The position numbers and the translations under genes are program-made. The notes below the pieces were generated by a model that was not told the DNA's origin, made no database searches, and saw only the letters and a list, made by a program, of their open reading frames with translations. Below are positions 8,857-17,692 of a stretch of DNA of 64,000 nt, in pieces. Numbering within the stretch: position 1 is the stretch's first letter; each line of letters starts with the position of its first letter. The DNA lies in the NCBI GenBank assembly GCA_963795085.1, contig CAWCFX010000003.1, positions 224,001-288,000 on the forward strand, given 5' to 3'. The stretch is from an uncultured Gemmatimonadales bacterium. GTDB lineage: Bacteria > Gemmatimonadota > Gemmatimonadetes > Gemmatimonadales > GWC2-71-9.

Positions 8857-10515
8857 CTAGTTGCGGGTCGGAGCCGTCGGCACGGCGCTCGCCGCACTGG
8901 CGAGTTCCAGCAGGGCAGCCGGCGTTGCCGCCCGCGCCAGCAGGCCCAGGGCCGTCTGGACCTGGCGGTCGTCTCGTGACCGGCGGCGGAATTCGGCCGG
9001 CCGGCCAAAGACGTAGCGGGCGATTTCGTACGAAAGGTTCTGGTCCAGGAAGCGGCCGGCCTGGGCGACGGTGCCTGGCTCCAGAGTCACCCCCTTCTGG
9101 CGCAGTCGGCTGACCGCCTCGGCCCGCATTGCGGGGGTGACCGTGAAATCTTCTCCGCTGATGGCCCGGTCCCGCTTGAGATCGAGGGCATAGGCCGTCA
9201 GCACGTCGCGATATTCCTGGACCCGGGAACCCACGGCTTCGATAAATGCCCGCTCCCCTGGGGTAGTGCTGTCCTGCCGCATGACGATGTCCGGCACGAT
9301 CCCGCCGCCACCCACGACGATTCGTCCGGCATCGGTGCGAAAGATGGGGGCGGCGGAATCGGCGCCTGCCGTATCGGGCACCAGCGCCGCCGCGCCGGTA
9401 TCCCCGGCGGCCAGCGCGAACTGCTCTTCCTCATTCCGGGCCACCCGCTGAATAGTGCGGCCGCTGGGGGTGAACCAGCGGGCCGTGGTCAGCTTCAGGG
9501 CCACGTTTTCGCCCAGATTGAACAGGGTCTGCACCAGGCCCTTCCCGAAGGTGGGGGTTCCGACCACTACCGCCCGGTCATGGTCCTGCATCGCGCCGGC
9601 GATGATCTCGGCGGCACTGGCGCTGCCCTCGTTCACCAGCACGACAATCGGCAGATTGGGCCAGACCTGGCGGGCCTCATCCACGAACTGGCGGCTGGAG
9701 CCTTTGGCCCGCCCGCGGGTGGAGACGATCTCCTGCCGCGAATCGAGGAAAAGGTCGGCAACTTTGACACCCTGGTCAAGCAGCCCGCCGGGGTTGCCCC
9801 GCAGGTCGAAGATCATGGACTTCATGCCCTTGCCGATCATCGCCGTAATTTCGGCCTGCAGTTCCGCCGCCGAGGATTCGCTGACCGGGTTGAGCGAGAT
9901 ATACCCCACGCCGCCGGGGAAAAGGGTACCGGCCGGCACCGACTTGAGATGGATACGGGCCCGTACCAGGTCGTAGATCAGGGGCTCCGTGATGCCGGCC
10001 CGCTCGACCTTGATGCGCACCTTGCTGCCCGGCTCGCCCCGGAGGGCATTCACGGCCCGCTCGTTCTTCCAGCCTTCGGTATTCTTGCCGTCCACTTCGA
10101 TAATGCGGTCGCCAGTCTCGATACCGGCCCGTTCCGCCGGGGTTTCCGGGAGGGGAGCGACCACCGTGATCCAGCCATCGCGCACGTCGATCTGGATGCC
10201 GAGGCCGCCGTAGTTCCCGGTGGTCGTCTCGGTCAGTTGTTTGAAGTCGTCCTCGACCAGCAGGACGGAGTAGGGATCATGCAGTTCGGCGAGGAGTCCG
10301 TCGGTCGCCTTCCGGTAGAGCGAGCTTTCGCTCAGCGAGTCCACGTAATACTGGCTCACATGGGACAGGACGTCATCGAACAGGCGTGCCTGCTGGTACA
10401 CGTTGCCGTCGGCCGCCGCTCCCCGCTGGAGGAGCCAGCCTCCGCTGAAGAACGACACCACCGCGACCAACCCGATCACTCCCCAACGCTGCCGCATAAG
10501 ACCTCGCTCAATCAC
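8857..10515 (-). CDS. ctpA: Carboxyl-terminal processing protease, S41A family, with PDZ domain
   Basis: DPYS, YGGLGI, PDZ region, DLRGNPGG, SASAAEI, TFGKG, TPSGRTIQ. Confidence 0.93.
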   Translation of the reverse strand: MIERGLMRQRWGVIGLVAVVSFFSGGWLLQRGAAADGNVYQQARLFDDVLSHVSQYYVDSLSESSLYRKATDGLLAELHDPYSVLLVEDDFKQLTETTTGNYGGLGIQIDVRDGWITVVAPLPETPAERAGIETGDRIIEVDGKNTEGWKNERAVNALRGEPGSKVRIKVERAGITEPLIYDLVRARIHLKSVPAGTLFPGGVGYISLNPVSESSAAELQAEITAMIGKGMKSMIFDLRGNPGGLLDQGVKVADLFLDSRQEIVSTRGRAKGSSRQFVDEARQVWPNLPIVVLVNEGSASAAEIIAGAMQDHDRAVVVGTPTFGKGLVQTLFNLGENVALKLTTARWFTPSGRTIQRVARNEEEQFALAAGDTGAAALVPDTAGADSAAPIFRTDAGRIVVGGGGIVPDIVMRQDSTTPGERAFIEAVGSRVQEYRDVLTAYALDLKRDRAISGEDFTVTPAMRAEAVSRLRQKGVTLEPGTVAQAGRFLDQNLSYEIARYVFGRPAEFRRRSRDDRQVQTALGLLARAATPAALLELASAASAVPTAPTRN

Positions 10516-11168
10516 CGGATTCCCTCAGAACGGGTCCCGGATCTGAAAATTTCAGGCCACGCCTCCCCGATCACGTCCCACGCCTCGCGGAGCACCTCAT
10601 CGGGGCCCCGGGTACCGTCTAAATGTCGCACCGCCGGGCCGTCCGCCGCCAGATAGGCCGCCACCACCCGGTCCTGAAATGCCGCATCCTCGAGATCCAG
10701 CCGGTCCTGGGCCTTGGCGGAGGTCCGCTGCCGCTCCATCCCCACCCAGGCCGGCACGTCGATGACAATCGTCAAGTCCGGCTGGAGACCGCCGGTGGCC
10801 GCCTGGTTAAACAATTCGGCGGTACCCCGGTCCACCCCCCGCCCGGCCACCTGGTAGGCAAAGGTGGAAAGGTCGAACCGATCGGATAGTACCGTCCGAC
10901 CCTGCCCCAGTGCGGGCTCGATGACATGATGCACATGATCGGCCCGGGCGGCGGTGATGTACAGCAGTTCGGCGAGGGGACGGAAAGAGCGGGACCGGTC
11001 CAGCAGTTCGTGCCGGAGCGCCTCGGCCACCCGGGTGCCCCCCGGCTCCCGGACCACAACCGGATCGTCGCCCGCCGCTCTCATCCGCTCCGCCAGGCCC
11101 CGGACCAGCACCGACTTGCCCGCACCGTCGGGTCCTTCCACGACGATGAAGCGGCCTGGCGGAATCAT
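10512..11168 (-). CDS. tmk: Thymidylate kinase
   Basis: EGPDGAGKS P-loop, REPGGT, DRF-x2-ST-x-AYQ, PDLT. Confidence 0.95.
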   Translation of the reverse strand: MIPPGRFIVVEGPDGAGKSVLVRGLAERMRAAGDDPVVVREPGGTRVAEALRHELLDRSRSFRPLAELLYITAARADHVHHVIEPALGQGRTVLSDRFDLSTFAYQVAGRGVDRGTAELFNQAATGGLQPDLTIVIDVPAWVGMERQRTSAKAQDRLDLEDAAFQDRVVAAYLAADGPAVRHLDGTRGPDEVLREAWDVIGEAWPEIFRSGTRSEGIR

Positions 11169-11515
11169 CCGAGCGTAATGATACTGCTCTGCGAGCCCTT
11201 CTCCATGCCTTCGCTGATCTGCTGGTTCACCTTGCTCATCACCTTCTCGAAGTTGGCGCGGGCGACCACGTAGGCCTGGCCGGCCGTACTCATTTCGAGA
11301 TCGCGGACCGCCTGCTCGTATCCCTGGGCAGTGGTCTCGTCGGGTTCCTGGCCGCTGGCCAGCTGAGTTTCCATCTGCTTGGCGTACAGCTGGATATTCT
11401 CGAGCAGCTTCATGCTTTCCTGGTCCTCCCGGAGACTGGCCTCCGCCCGACGCAGGCCCTTGTACTCCGGCGTCTGCCCGATCAGCCTGCCCAGCTCCTG
11501 TGCTTTATCCCACAT
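11165..11515 (-). CDS. YlbF/YmcA (Com_YlbF) family protein
   Basis: [17 protein letters not shown] and Y-x2-A-x3-FEKVMSKVNQQI; all-helical, about 116 aa. Confidence 0.7.
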   Translation of the reverse strand: MWDKAQELGRLIGQTPEYKGLRRAEASLREDQESMKLLENIQLYAKQMETQLASGQEPDETTAQGYEQAVRDLEMSTAGQAYVVARANFEKVMSKVNQQISEGMEKGSQSSIITLG

Positions 11516-12368
11516 CGCGATCCTCGCTTCTCCGGGCCACCACATACCGGGCCCGGCCAAAAAGGTCATCCTTCACCAGAACATCGCTCCAGCCCAGTCC
11601 GCTCGCCAGGGAGGCCACCGATGCCGCCCGCGCGCAGTCCACTTCCAGCACGATCCAGCCACCCGGCCGGACCACCTTCCACCCCTCGGCAAGGAGTTGC
11701 CGTGTCGCGTCGAGGCCATCGTCTCCGCTGACCAGCGCCATCGCCGGTTCCCAGCTTTTCACCGAGCCGTCGAGGGCCTGGTACTCCGCCGTGGTCAGGT
11801 AGGGCGGGTTCGACACGATCACATCGAACTGTCCGGTACCCAGGCACTGGCACAAGTCCCCTGCCACCAGCGCAACCGGGCCATTGGCCTCCCCAATATT
11901 GGCCCGGGCCAGCGCCAAAGCCTCGCTGGACCGCTCGACTCCCACGACCAGCTGGAAAGATCCCTCCCGCGCAAGGCTGAGCGCGACGCATCCGGTGCCG
12001 GTCCCGATATCGGCCACCCGTCCGGTAGGCTGGCAGGCCAGGACCAGGTCCACCAGACCTTCGGTTTCCGGCCTCGGAATGAGTGCGCGGCGGTCGGACC
12101 CGATGGCGAGGTGCCGGAAACCGGCCTCGCCCAGTACGTGCGCCAGCGGCTCGCCCTGCGCCCGACGGGCAACCGCGGCCGCGAACCTGTCCCGGATGGC
12201 GTCGGGTACGGGCGCCATCGGCCGGACAATAACGCTGGCCCGGGACTGCCCGCTGATCCGCTCCCATATCCACCAGGCTTCCCGGCCCGCGGGTTCGATG
12301 GCCGCCGCGCCCAGCCGGCGGACGGCGTCCGCGACCAGGTCGGCGGCCATCACCGGGGCCTCAGTCAC
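11505..12368 (-). CDS. prmC: Release factor glutamine methyltransferase
   Basis: [29 protein letters not shown]; directly follows prfA. Confidence 0.95.
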   Translation of the reverse strand: MTEAPVMAADLVADAVRRLGAAAIEPAGREAWWIWERISGQSRASVIVRPMAPVPDAIRDRFAAAVARRAQGEPLAHVLGEAGFRHLAIGSDRRALIPRPETEGLVDLVLACQPTGRVADIGTGTGCVALSLAREGSFQLVVGVERSSEALALARANIGEANGPVALVAGDLCQCLGTGQFDVIVSNPPYLTTAEYQALDGSVKSWEPAMALVSGDDGLDATRQLLAEGWKVVRPGGWIVLEVDCARAASVASLASGLGWSDVLVKDDLFGRARYVVARRSEDRDVG

Positions 12369-13419
12369 TCAGCATCTCCTGCCGGCTGGCCATTCGGAGC
12401 GCGGTCACCAGTTCGTCGATCCGGCCGTTGATCACCTCATCCAGATTATACACCGAGAGGTTGATACGGTGATCGGTGACCCGGCTCTGGGGGAAGTTAT
12501 AGGTCCGGATCTTGGCCGAGCGGTCGCCGGTGCCCACCATGGCTCGCCGGCTCCGGGCCCGCTTGGCTTCCTGTTCGGCGATCATCCGGTCCAGCAGCCG
12601 GGCCCGCAATACCTCCATCGCCTTGAGCTTGTTCTGCAACTGGGATTTCTGGTCCTGCTGGCTCACCACCAGCCCGCTCGGCAGGTGGGTGATCCGCACC
12701 GCGCTGTCGGTGGTGTTTACGCTTTGGCCGCCGGGCCCGGAGGACCGGAAGACATCGATCTTCAGCTCCTGGGGTTCGATCTTAAGGTCCACTTCTTCCG
12801 CCTCCGGCAGCACCGCGACGGTGGCCGCCGAGGTGTGGATGCGGCCCTGGGTCTCGGTGTCGGGCACCCGCTGGACCCGGTGGACGCCCGATTCCCGCCG
12901 CAGCAGGCCGTAGGCTTCTTCCCCGCGCACCGCGATGATGGCTTCCCGGATGCCGCCCATGTTGCCGTCGCTGAGCGAGATGGTCTCGACATTGAGCCCC
13001 TGCCGCTCGGCGAAGCGGGTGTACATCCGGAGCAGGTCGGCGGCAAAAAGGGAGGCCTCGTCGCCGCCGGTACCGGCCCGGATTTCCATGATCGCGTCGC
13101 GGTCGTCGTGGGGGTCGCGGGGGAGCAGCAATTCGTGCAGGTCGGCCCGGAGCGCCTCGATTTCGCCGGGGAGACGGGCGAGGTCGTCGCGCACCAGCGC
13201 GGCCATCTCCGGATCGTTTTCTTCCTCGAGCTGCCGGGCCTGAGCCAGGTCGTCTTCGAGACGGGCCAGCCGTTCGGCGAGGCGCGTGATAGGAGTCAGC
13301 CTGGCGTGCTCCCGTCCCAACGCCTTCAACCTGGAAGGATCCCGGGCGGTCTGGGGGGCGGCCAACTCCCCGGCAACCAGCTCCGCGCGGGCCAGGGCCT
13401 GGCGGAGTCGCGCCTCCAT
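12361..13419 (-). CDS. prfA: Peptide chain release factor 1
   Basis: [19 protein letters not shown] (PxT recognition motif), [15 protein letters not shown]. Confidence 0.96.
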   Translation of the reverse strand: MEARLRQALARAELVAGELAAPQTARDPSRLKALGREHARLTPITRLAERLARLEDDLAQARQLEEENDPEMAALVRDDLARLPGEIEALRADLHELLLPRDPHDDRDAIMEIRAGTGGDEASLFAADLLRMYTRFAERQGLNVETISLSDGNMGGIREAIIAVRGEEAYGLLRRESGVHRVQRVPDTETQGRIHTSAATVAVLPEAEEVDLKIEPQELKIDVFRSSGPGGQSVNTTDSAVRITHLPSGLVVSQQDQKSQLQNKLKAMEVLRARLLDRMIAEQEAKRARSRRAMVGTGDRSAKIRTYNFPQSRVTDHRINLSVYNLDEVINGRIDELVTALRMASRQEMLSD

Positions 13420-13421
13420 GC

Positions 13422-13643
13422 TCAGGACGTGGGAGTCTTGGCCGGCTCGCTCTGATACTTGCGCCGGAACCGGTCCACCCGGCCCGCCGTGTCCACCAGC
13501 CGCTGCCGCCCGGTGAAGTAGGGATGGCACTTGGCGCAGACTTCCACGTGAATCGAAGGATTGGTGGAGCGGGTCTCGAACTCGTTCCCGCAGGCGCACT
13601 TCACCGTTACCTTCATGTACTTGGGATGCAGGTCCGGCTTCAC
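13422..13643 (-). CDS. rpmE: 50S ribosomal protein L31, zinc-binding type
   Basis: GTG start after [32 protein letters not shown]. Confidence 0.96.
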   Translation of the reverse strand: MKPDLHPKYMKVTVKCACGNEFETRSTNPSIHVEVCAKCHPYFTGRQRLVDTAGRVDRFRRKYQSEPAKTPTS

Positions 13644-13820
13644 GTTCGACTCCTCTTTCTTCGGAAACCCGTTAAACTGGCACAACGTGGGAAAAGCTGC
13701 CAGCCCAACAATTTAGCTCGTAGCCCCGAGGCAGGGCAAGCCTCGGTAGGCCAGCCCGGGAGAGTCCTCCGGACCGACCGGTGGTCGGGCCGGTGGCGGG
13801 GGCGCCCCCGAAGCGGCGAA

Positions 13821-13849
13821 TTGACACTGCAACATCTCGCAAGTAACGT
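13821..13849 (+). promoter_or_regulatory. Putative sigma-70 promoter of the crp-like gene
   Basis: Perfect TTGACA-N17-TAACGT. Confidence 0.7.
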
Positions 13850-13881
13850 ATTCACACAAACTTCCGACTGTGAGGGGCTCC

Positions 13882-14559
13882 GTGGCTCTTTCTCCACTAG
13901 ATGTGCTGAATCGGGTACCACTGTTCGAGAGTCTCCCCGAGAACGAGCTGGCGCATTTCGCCGAACTGACCCGGGAGAAGACCTACCCCAAGGGCAGCGT
14001 GATTCTCTTCGAAAATGACCGCGGGGATTCACTTTTCCTGGTTGCTTCCGGCCAGGTGAAGGTGGTCCTGATCGGCGAGGACGGCCGGGAGGTCATCCTG
14101 TCGGTACTCGGACCGGGGACCTTCTTTGGCGAGATGGCGCTGATCGACGATTCCCCCCGCTCCGCCCATGTCATCGCGATGGAGGATGCGACGCTCCTGG
14201 TGCTGAGGCGGGAGGATTTTCAGCAGCGGCTGCGCACCTCCCCCGAGGTGGCGATTGGGCTGTTGAGAGAGCTGTCGCGGCGGCTTCGCCGTGCCGACGA
14301 GAAGATCGGGAGCCTGGTGTTGCTGGACGTCAACGGCCGGGTGGCCGATCTGTTGCTCCGGGCTGCGGCGGAAGAGGGGGGCGAGCTGATTCGCCGCAAA
14401 CTGACGCATCACACCATCGCCCAGATGATCGGCTCCAGCCGGGAGACCGTTTCCCGGACCATGCGGGATTTCGTGGAGCGTGGGCTCATCACGGTGACCC
14501 GCAAGGACATAACCATCACGGACCGGCCCGCCCTCTTGGCCGCCGCCGGGCGTTCGTGA
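13882..14559 (+). CDS. Crp/Fnr family transcriptional regulator, cNMP-binding CRP type
   Basis: Phosphate-binding cassette FFGEMALIDDSPRSA; HTH IAQMIGSSRETVSR. Confidence 0.93.
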   Translation: MALSPLDVLNRVPLFESLPENELAHFAELTREKTYPKGSVILFENDRGDSLFLVASGQVKVVLIGEDGREVILSVLGPGTFFGEMALIDDSPRSAHVIAMEDATLLVLRREDFQQRLRTSPEVAIGLLRELSRRLRRADEKIGSLVLLDVNGRVADLLLRAAAEEGGELIRRKLTHHTIAQMIGSSRETVSRTMRDFVERGLITVTRKDITITDRPALLAAAGRS

Positions 14560-14593
14560 GGACACTCACCACCCGCAAGTGACCCTGCTCACA
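14555..14593. promoter_or_regulatory. Two tandem CRP-like boxes
   Basis: CGTGA-GGACAC-TCACC (14555-14570) and AGTGA-CCCTGC-TCACA (14578-14593). Confidence 0.65.
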
Positions 14594-14644
14594 CGATTTC
14601 CGCCCTCCCGGGGCGGCACAGATCTCGCTAGCTGAGGTAGGCAA

Positions 14645-15517
14645 GTGACCTACACAATTACCTTCTGGGGCACCCGGGGTTCGATCCCGACGCCGGGACC
14701 GCACACGGCCCGTTACGGAGGTAATACGTCCTGTGTCGCAGTGGCCGGCGGCAAGGATGAGTTGGTCATCCTGGATGCCGGCAGCGGCATCCGCCCCCTC
14801 GGGCGAGAGCTGCACCGGATCGGGAATGGCAGCGGCGGCATGAGCGCGGATATCCTGGTTTCCCATACTCACTGGGATCACATTCAGGGATTGCCGTTCT
14901 TCCAGCCGCTCAACGTGAAAGGCAACTCGGTCCGGATCTACGGCTCCGCCCAGGAGGGCGTCGGCCTGGAAAGCATCCTCGACCGGCAGATGGACCCGAT
15001 GGTGTTTCCGATCCCGCTGCGCGCGCTGGCCGCGGAGCTCACGGTCACCGAAATCGCGGGCGGGGCGTTCGAAATCGACGGGTTCACGGTGGAAGCGTTT
15101 CGCCTGCGGCACCCGGGCACCACCCTCGGCTACAAGCTGGTGCCGGTGCGCGGCGGTCAGACCATGGCGTACCTGACGGACAACGAACTGGGTCCCGGCG
15201 GGAATTACGACGTCCCCGCAGACTGGCGGCAGCAACTGGTAAGATTTCTCGACGGCGTGCATACCCTGATTCACGACGGGATGTACTCCGAGGAACTGAT
15301 GGAACAACGGGCTGGCTGGGGCCATTCGACCCCGCAGCAGGCGGTGGACCTGGCGCATGAATGCGGTGCGGAACGGCTGATCATTTTCCACCACGAGCCG
15401 GAGCACGACGACGATACGATCGACCGCCTGGTCGCCGAGACCCGGCGCGATGCGAAGCACCTGGCGCCCCGCCTCGTGGTGGAGGCCGCCAGCGAAGGGA
15501 TGCACCTCAACCTCTAG
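14645..15517 (+). CDS. MBL-fold metallo-hydrolase (RNase Z/cyclic-nucleotide phosphodiesterase-like)
   Basis: FWGTRGSIP, YGGNTSC, DAGSG, HTHWDH (HxHxDH), WGHST, FHHEP. Confidence 0.88.
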   Translation: MTYTITFWGTRGSIPTPGPHTARYGGNTSCVAVAGGKDELVILDAGSGIRPLGRELHRIGNGSGGMSADILVSHTHWDHIQGLPFFQPLNVKGNSVRIYGSAQEGVGLESILDRQMDPMVFPIPLRALAAELTVTEIAGGAFEIDGFTVEAFRLRHPGTTLGYKLVPVRGGQTMAYLTDNELGPGGNYDVPADWRQQLVRFLDGVHTLIHDGMYSEELMEQRAGWGHSTPQQAVDLAHECGAERLIIFHHEPEHDDDTIDRLVAETRRDAKHLAPRLVVEAASEGMHLNL

Positions 15518-15529
15518 CGAGGAGTGGAT

Positions 15530-16219
15530 ATGCGCGGGACCATGCTGTTGGCGTTGGCTCTGACTGCCACGATGCCGGCGCTGGCCGAGGCCCAGGACAC
15601 CCGGCCCGGCATCGCGGTGATGCCGTTCCAGAACGGTGGGTCCTACGGGCGGGACAAGGAAGATTTCGACGCGCTCCAGGTCGGGATCCCGGCCATGGTC
15701 ATGAGCGAACTCGCCCAAAACCCGGGCGCCCGGGTGGTGGACCGGAGCGACATCAACCGGATTCTGGACGAGCAGAACCTGGCCACGGATGGCCGTGTGG
15801 ATGCCTCGACCGCCGCCCGGGTGGGCCGGCTGGTGGGCGCCCGCTACATGATCATGGGCACCTTCATCGACCACTACGGCAAGATGCGGATCGACGCCCG
15901 CATTGTGGACGTGGAGACCAGTGAGATCCTCAAGGTGGTGCAGTCGGGCCCCCGCGAGCGGGACAAGCTGTTCGACATGATCAGCGAACTGTCCACCTCC
16001 ATCATGGCCAACACCAAACTGCCACCGCTTCCGGTCCAGCAGGCCCAGGCCGAGCCGCGGCGGATTCCGACGGAGGCGCTGACCTTCTACAGCCGGGCCC
16101 TGCTCTATGAGGATCGGGGGGATGCGGCCAAGGCCGAGGAGTATTACAACCGGGCCCTGGAAGTCTTCCCGACCTACGCGGAAGCCCGCGAAGGGCTGCG
16201 AAAGATCCGGCCCTCCTGA
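15530..16219 (+). CDS. Secreted CsgG/FlgO/TolB-N-like domain protein with C-terminal TPR
   Basis: Signal peptide ending AEA; IAVMPFQN, VVDRSDINRILDEQ, AARVGRLVGA, DARIVDVET; TPR-like AEEYYNRALEVFPTYAEA. Confidence 0.75.
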   Translation: MRGTMLLALALTATMPALAEAQDTRPGIAVMPFQNGGSYGRDKEDFDALQVGIPAMVMSELAQNPGARVVDRSDINRILDEQNLATDGRVDASTAARVGRLVGARYMIMGTFIDHYGKMRIDARIVDVETSEILKVVQSGPRERDKLFDMISELSTSIMANTKLPPLPVQQAQAEPRRIPTEALTFYSRALLYEDRGDAAKAEEYYNRALEVFPTYAEAREGLRKIRPS

Positions 16220-16223
16220 CCTC

Positions 16224-17003
16224 GTGAGCGCCCCGATTGCCGGGATCGGGCGCTCAACGGCGCGCTGGCTCGCCCGGATGGGCGCGCTGGCGCGTTTCGC
16301 GTTTGAGGCAGTGCGGGCCATCCCCACCCTGCCCGGCGCGGGCCGCCGGGTCGCGGGCCGCATCCTGCTCGACCAGGTCCGCTTTACCGCACTCGAGGCG
16401 GTCGGCCTGGTCGTCCTGTTGAGCGGCATCTTCAGTTTCCTGGTCATCAAGATGGCGGTGCGCGAGCTGGGTAACATCGGGGCCTACGACCTGATCGGCC
16501 GCCTGATCGTAGTGATCATCGTGCGGGAACTCGGCCCTATCCTCACTGCGCTGGCGGTGCTGGGCCGGAGCGGCACCGCGATCACCGCTGAGCTGGCCAC
16601 CAATACCGTGCTCCGCGAAGTGCGGGCCCTGGAAGGCATGGGCATCGACCCCTTTCACTACCTGGTACTGCCCCGGCTGGCCGGGTGCATCATCTCGGTC
16701 ACCGTGCTCATCGTGCTCTTCGACACCGTCTCGCTGACCAGCGGCTTTCTCGCCGCCGGCGCCGAGGGCATGAGCGGCGACCGCTACTGGGGGGTGGTCC
16801 TGGCGTCGCTCACGGCCCGCGACGTCGGGGTGACCTTCGGGAAGGGAATCCTCTTCGGGTTGGTGATCGGGTTGTGGCCCAGCTATCACGGACTGGCGGT
16901 GCGCCGGGGTCCCACGGAAATCCCCCAGGCCGTCATCCGGTCCACGGTCGGGGCCATCGTGATGATCTTCGTGGTCAGCGCCCTGTTCGTGGTGGTGCAA
17001 TGA
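16224..17003 (+). CDS. MlaE family ABC permease
   Basis: VRELGPILTA, GRSGTAITAEL, EVRALEGMGIDP-x2-YLVLPR motifs. Confidence 0.88.
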   Translation: MSAPIAGIGRSTARWLARMGALARFAFEAVRAIPTLPGAGRRVAGRILLDQVRFTALEAVGLVVLLSGIFSFLVIKMAVRELGNIGAYDLIGRLIVVIIVRELGPILTALAVLGRSGTAITAELATNTVLREVRALEGMGIDPFHYLVLPRLAGCIISVTVLIVLFDTVSLTSGFLAAGAEGMSGDRYWGVVLASLTARDVGVTFGKGILFGLVIGLWPSYHGLAVRRGPTEIPQAVIRSTVGAIVMIFVVSALFVVVQ

Positions 17004-17692
17004 GCGGCCCCGACCTGTCGACCGCGCCGCTGGTGTTTCAAGGCATCACCACGACCGGCAGCGCCGCCGGGATCTTCGAGCTGGAGGTGCTGCCGCACCA
17101 GACGGTGGTCCTGGTCGGGGACGAGAACAGCGGGGTCGACAGCCTCTGCGAGTTCGCGCTGGGGCTGGAAACACCGGTGGCCGGGCAGGCCCTGGTCTTC
17201 GGCACCGCCATCGGCGCCCTTCCCCGCCGGGAGCAACTCGCCTTCCGCCGGCGTTTGGGATACCTTCCTGCCGGGGATGGACTGCTCAGCAACCTGAGCC
17301 TCCGGGACAACATCCGGCTGCCTCTCCGGTTCGGCAGCAACTTCAAACCAGACGAAATCGAAGGCCGGGTGGACGTCATCCTCGCGATACTGCGGCTGCA
17401 GCGGATCGCGGGGGAGCGCCCCGCCCAGGCCAATGAAGAGCAGCGCCGCCGGGCGGCGCTGGGCCGCGCGCTGGCGTTCGACCCCGACCTGGTCCTGCTG
17501 GAACAGCCCTTCGTAGGGCTCACCGACCGGGTGTCCGCCGAGTTGCTCGAAGTGGCCCGCGGCGGCGAAACCGCCGAGGGCGCCCGCCGCACCGTGTTCA
17601 TCACCGGACAGGGAATACCGATGCTCCTTCGCACCAGAGTGGAACAGGTGGTCCAGATGGCCGACAGCCGCCGGATGCCAAGCCGGGTATGA
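17000..17692 (+). CDS. MlaF-like ABC nucleotide-binding-domain protein with degenerate catalytic motifs
   Basis: NBD scaffold is recognisable (RRRLGY, NLSLRDNI-x-LPL, RALAFDP). Walker A reads GDENSGVDS, signature ANEEQ, Walker B LLEQP. Confidence 0.8.
   Translation: MSGPDLSTAPLVFQGITTTGSAAGIFELEVLPHQTVVLVGDENSGVDSLCEFALGLETPVAGQALVFGTAIGALPRREQLAFRRRLGYLPAGDGLLSNLSLRDNIRLPLRFGSNFKPDEIEGRVDVILAILRLQRIAGERPAQANEEQRRRAALGRALAFDPDLVLLEQPFVGLTDRVSAELLEVARGGETAEGARRTVFITGQGIPMLLRTRVEQVVQMADSRRMPSRV

Noticed and set aside
13725..13815. Hairpins between rpmE and the crp-like gene as an ncRNA
   Set aside because: No recognisable tRNA, SRP, 6S or riboswitch motif; GC-rich hairpins are expected by chance.
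13841..13873. TCACA and TGTGA near the crp-like promoter, possible autoregulation
   Set aside because: Half-sites are in the wrong order and spacing for a CRP box.
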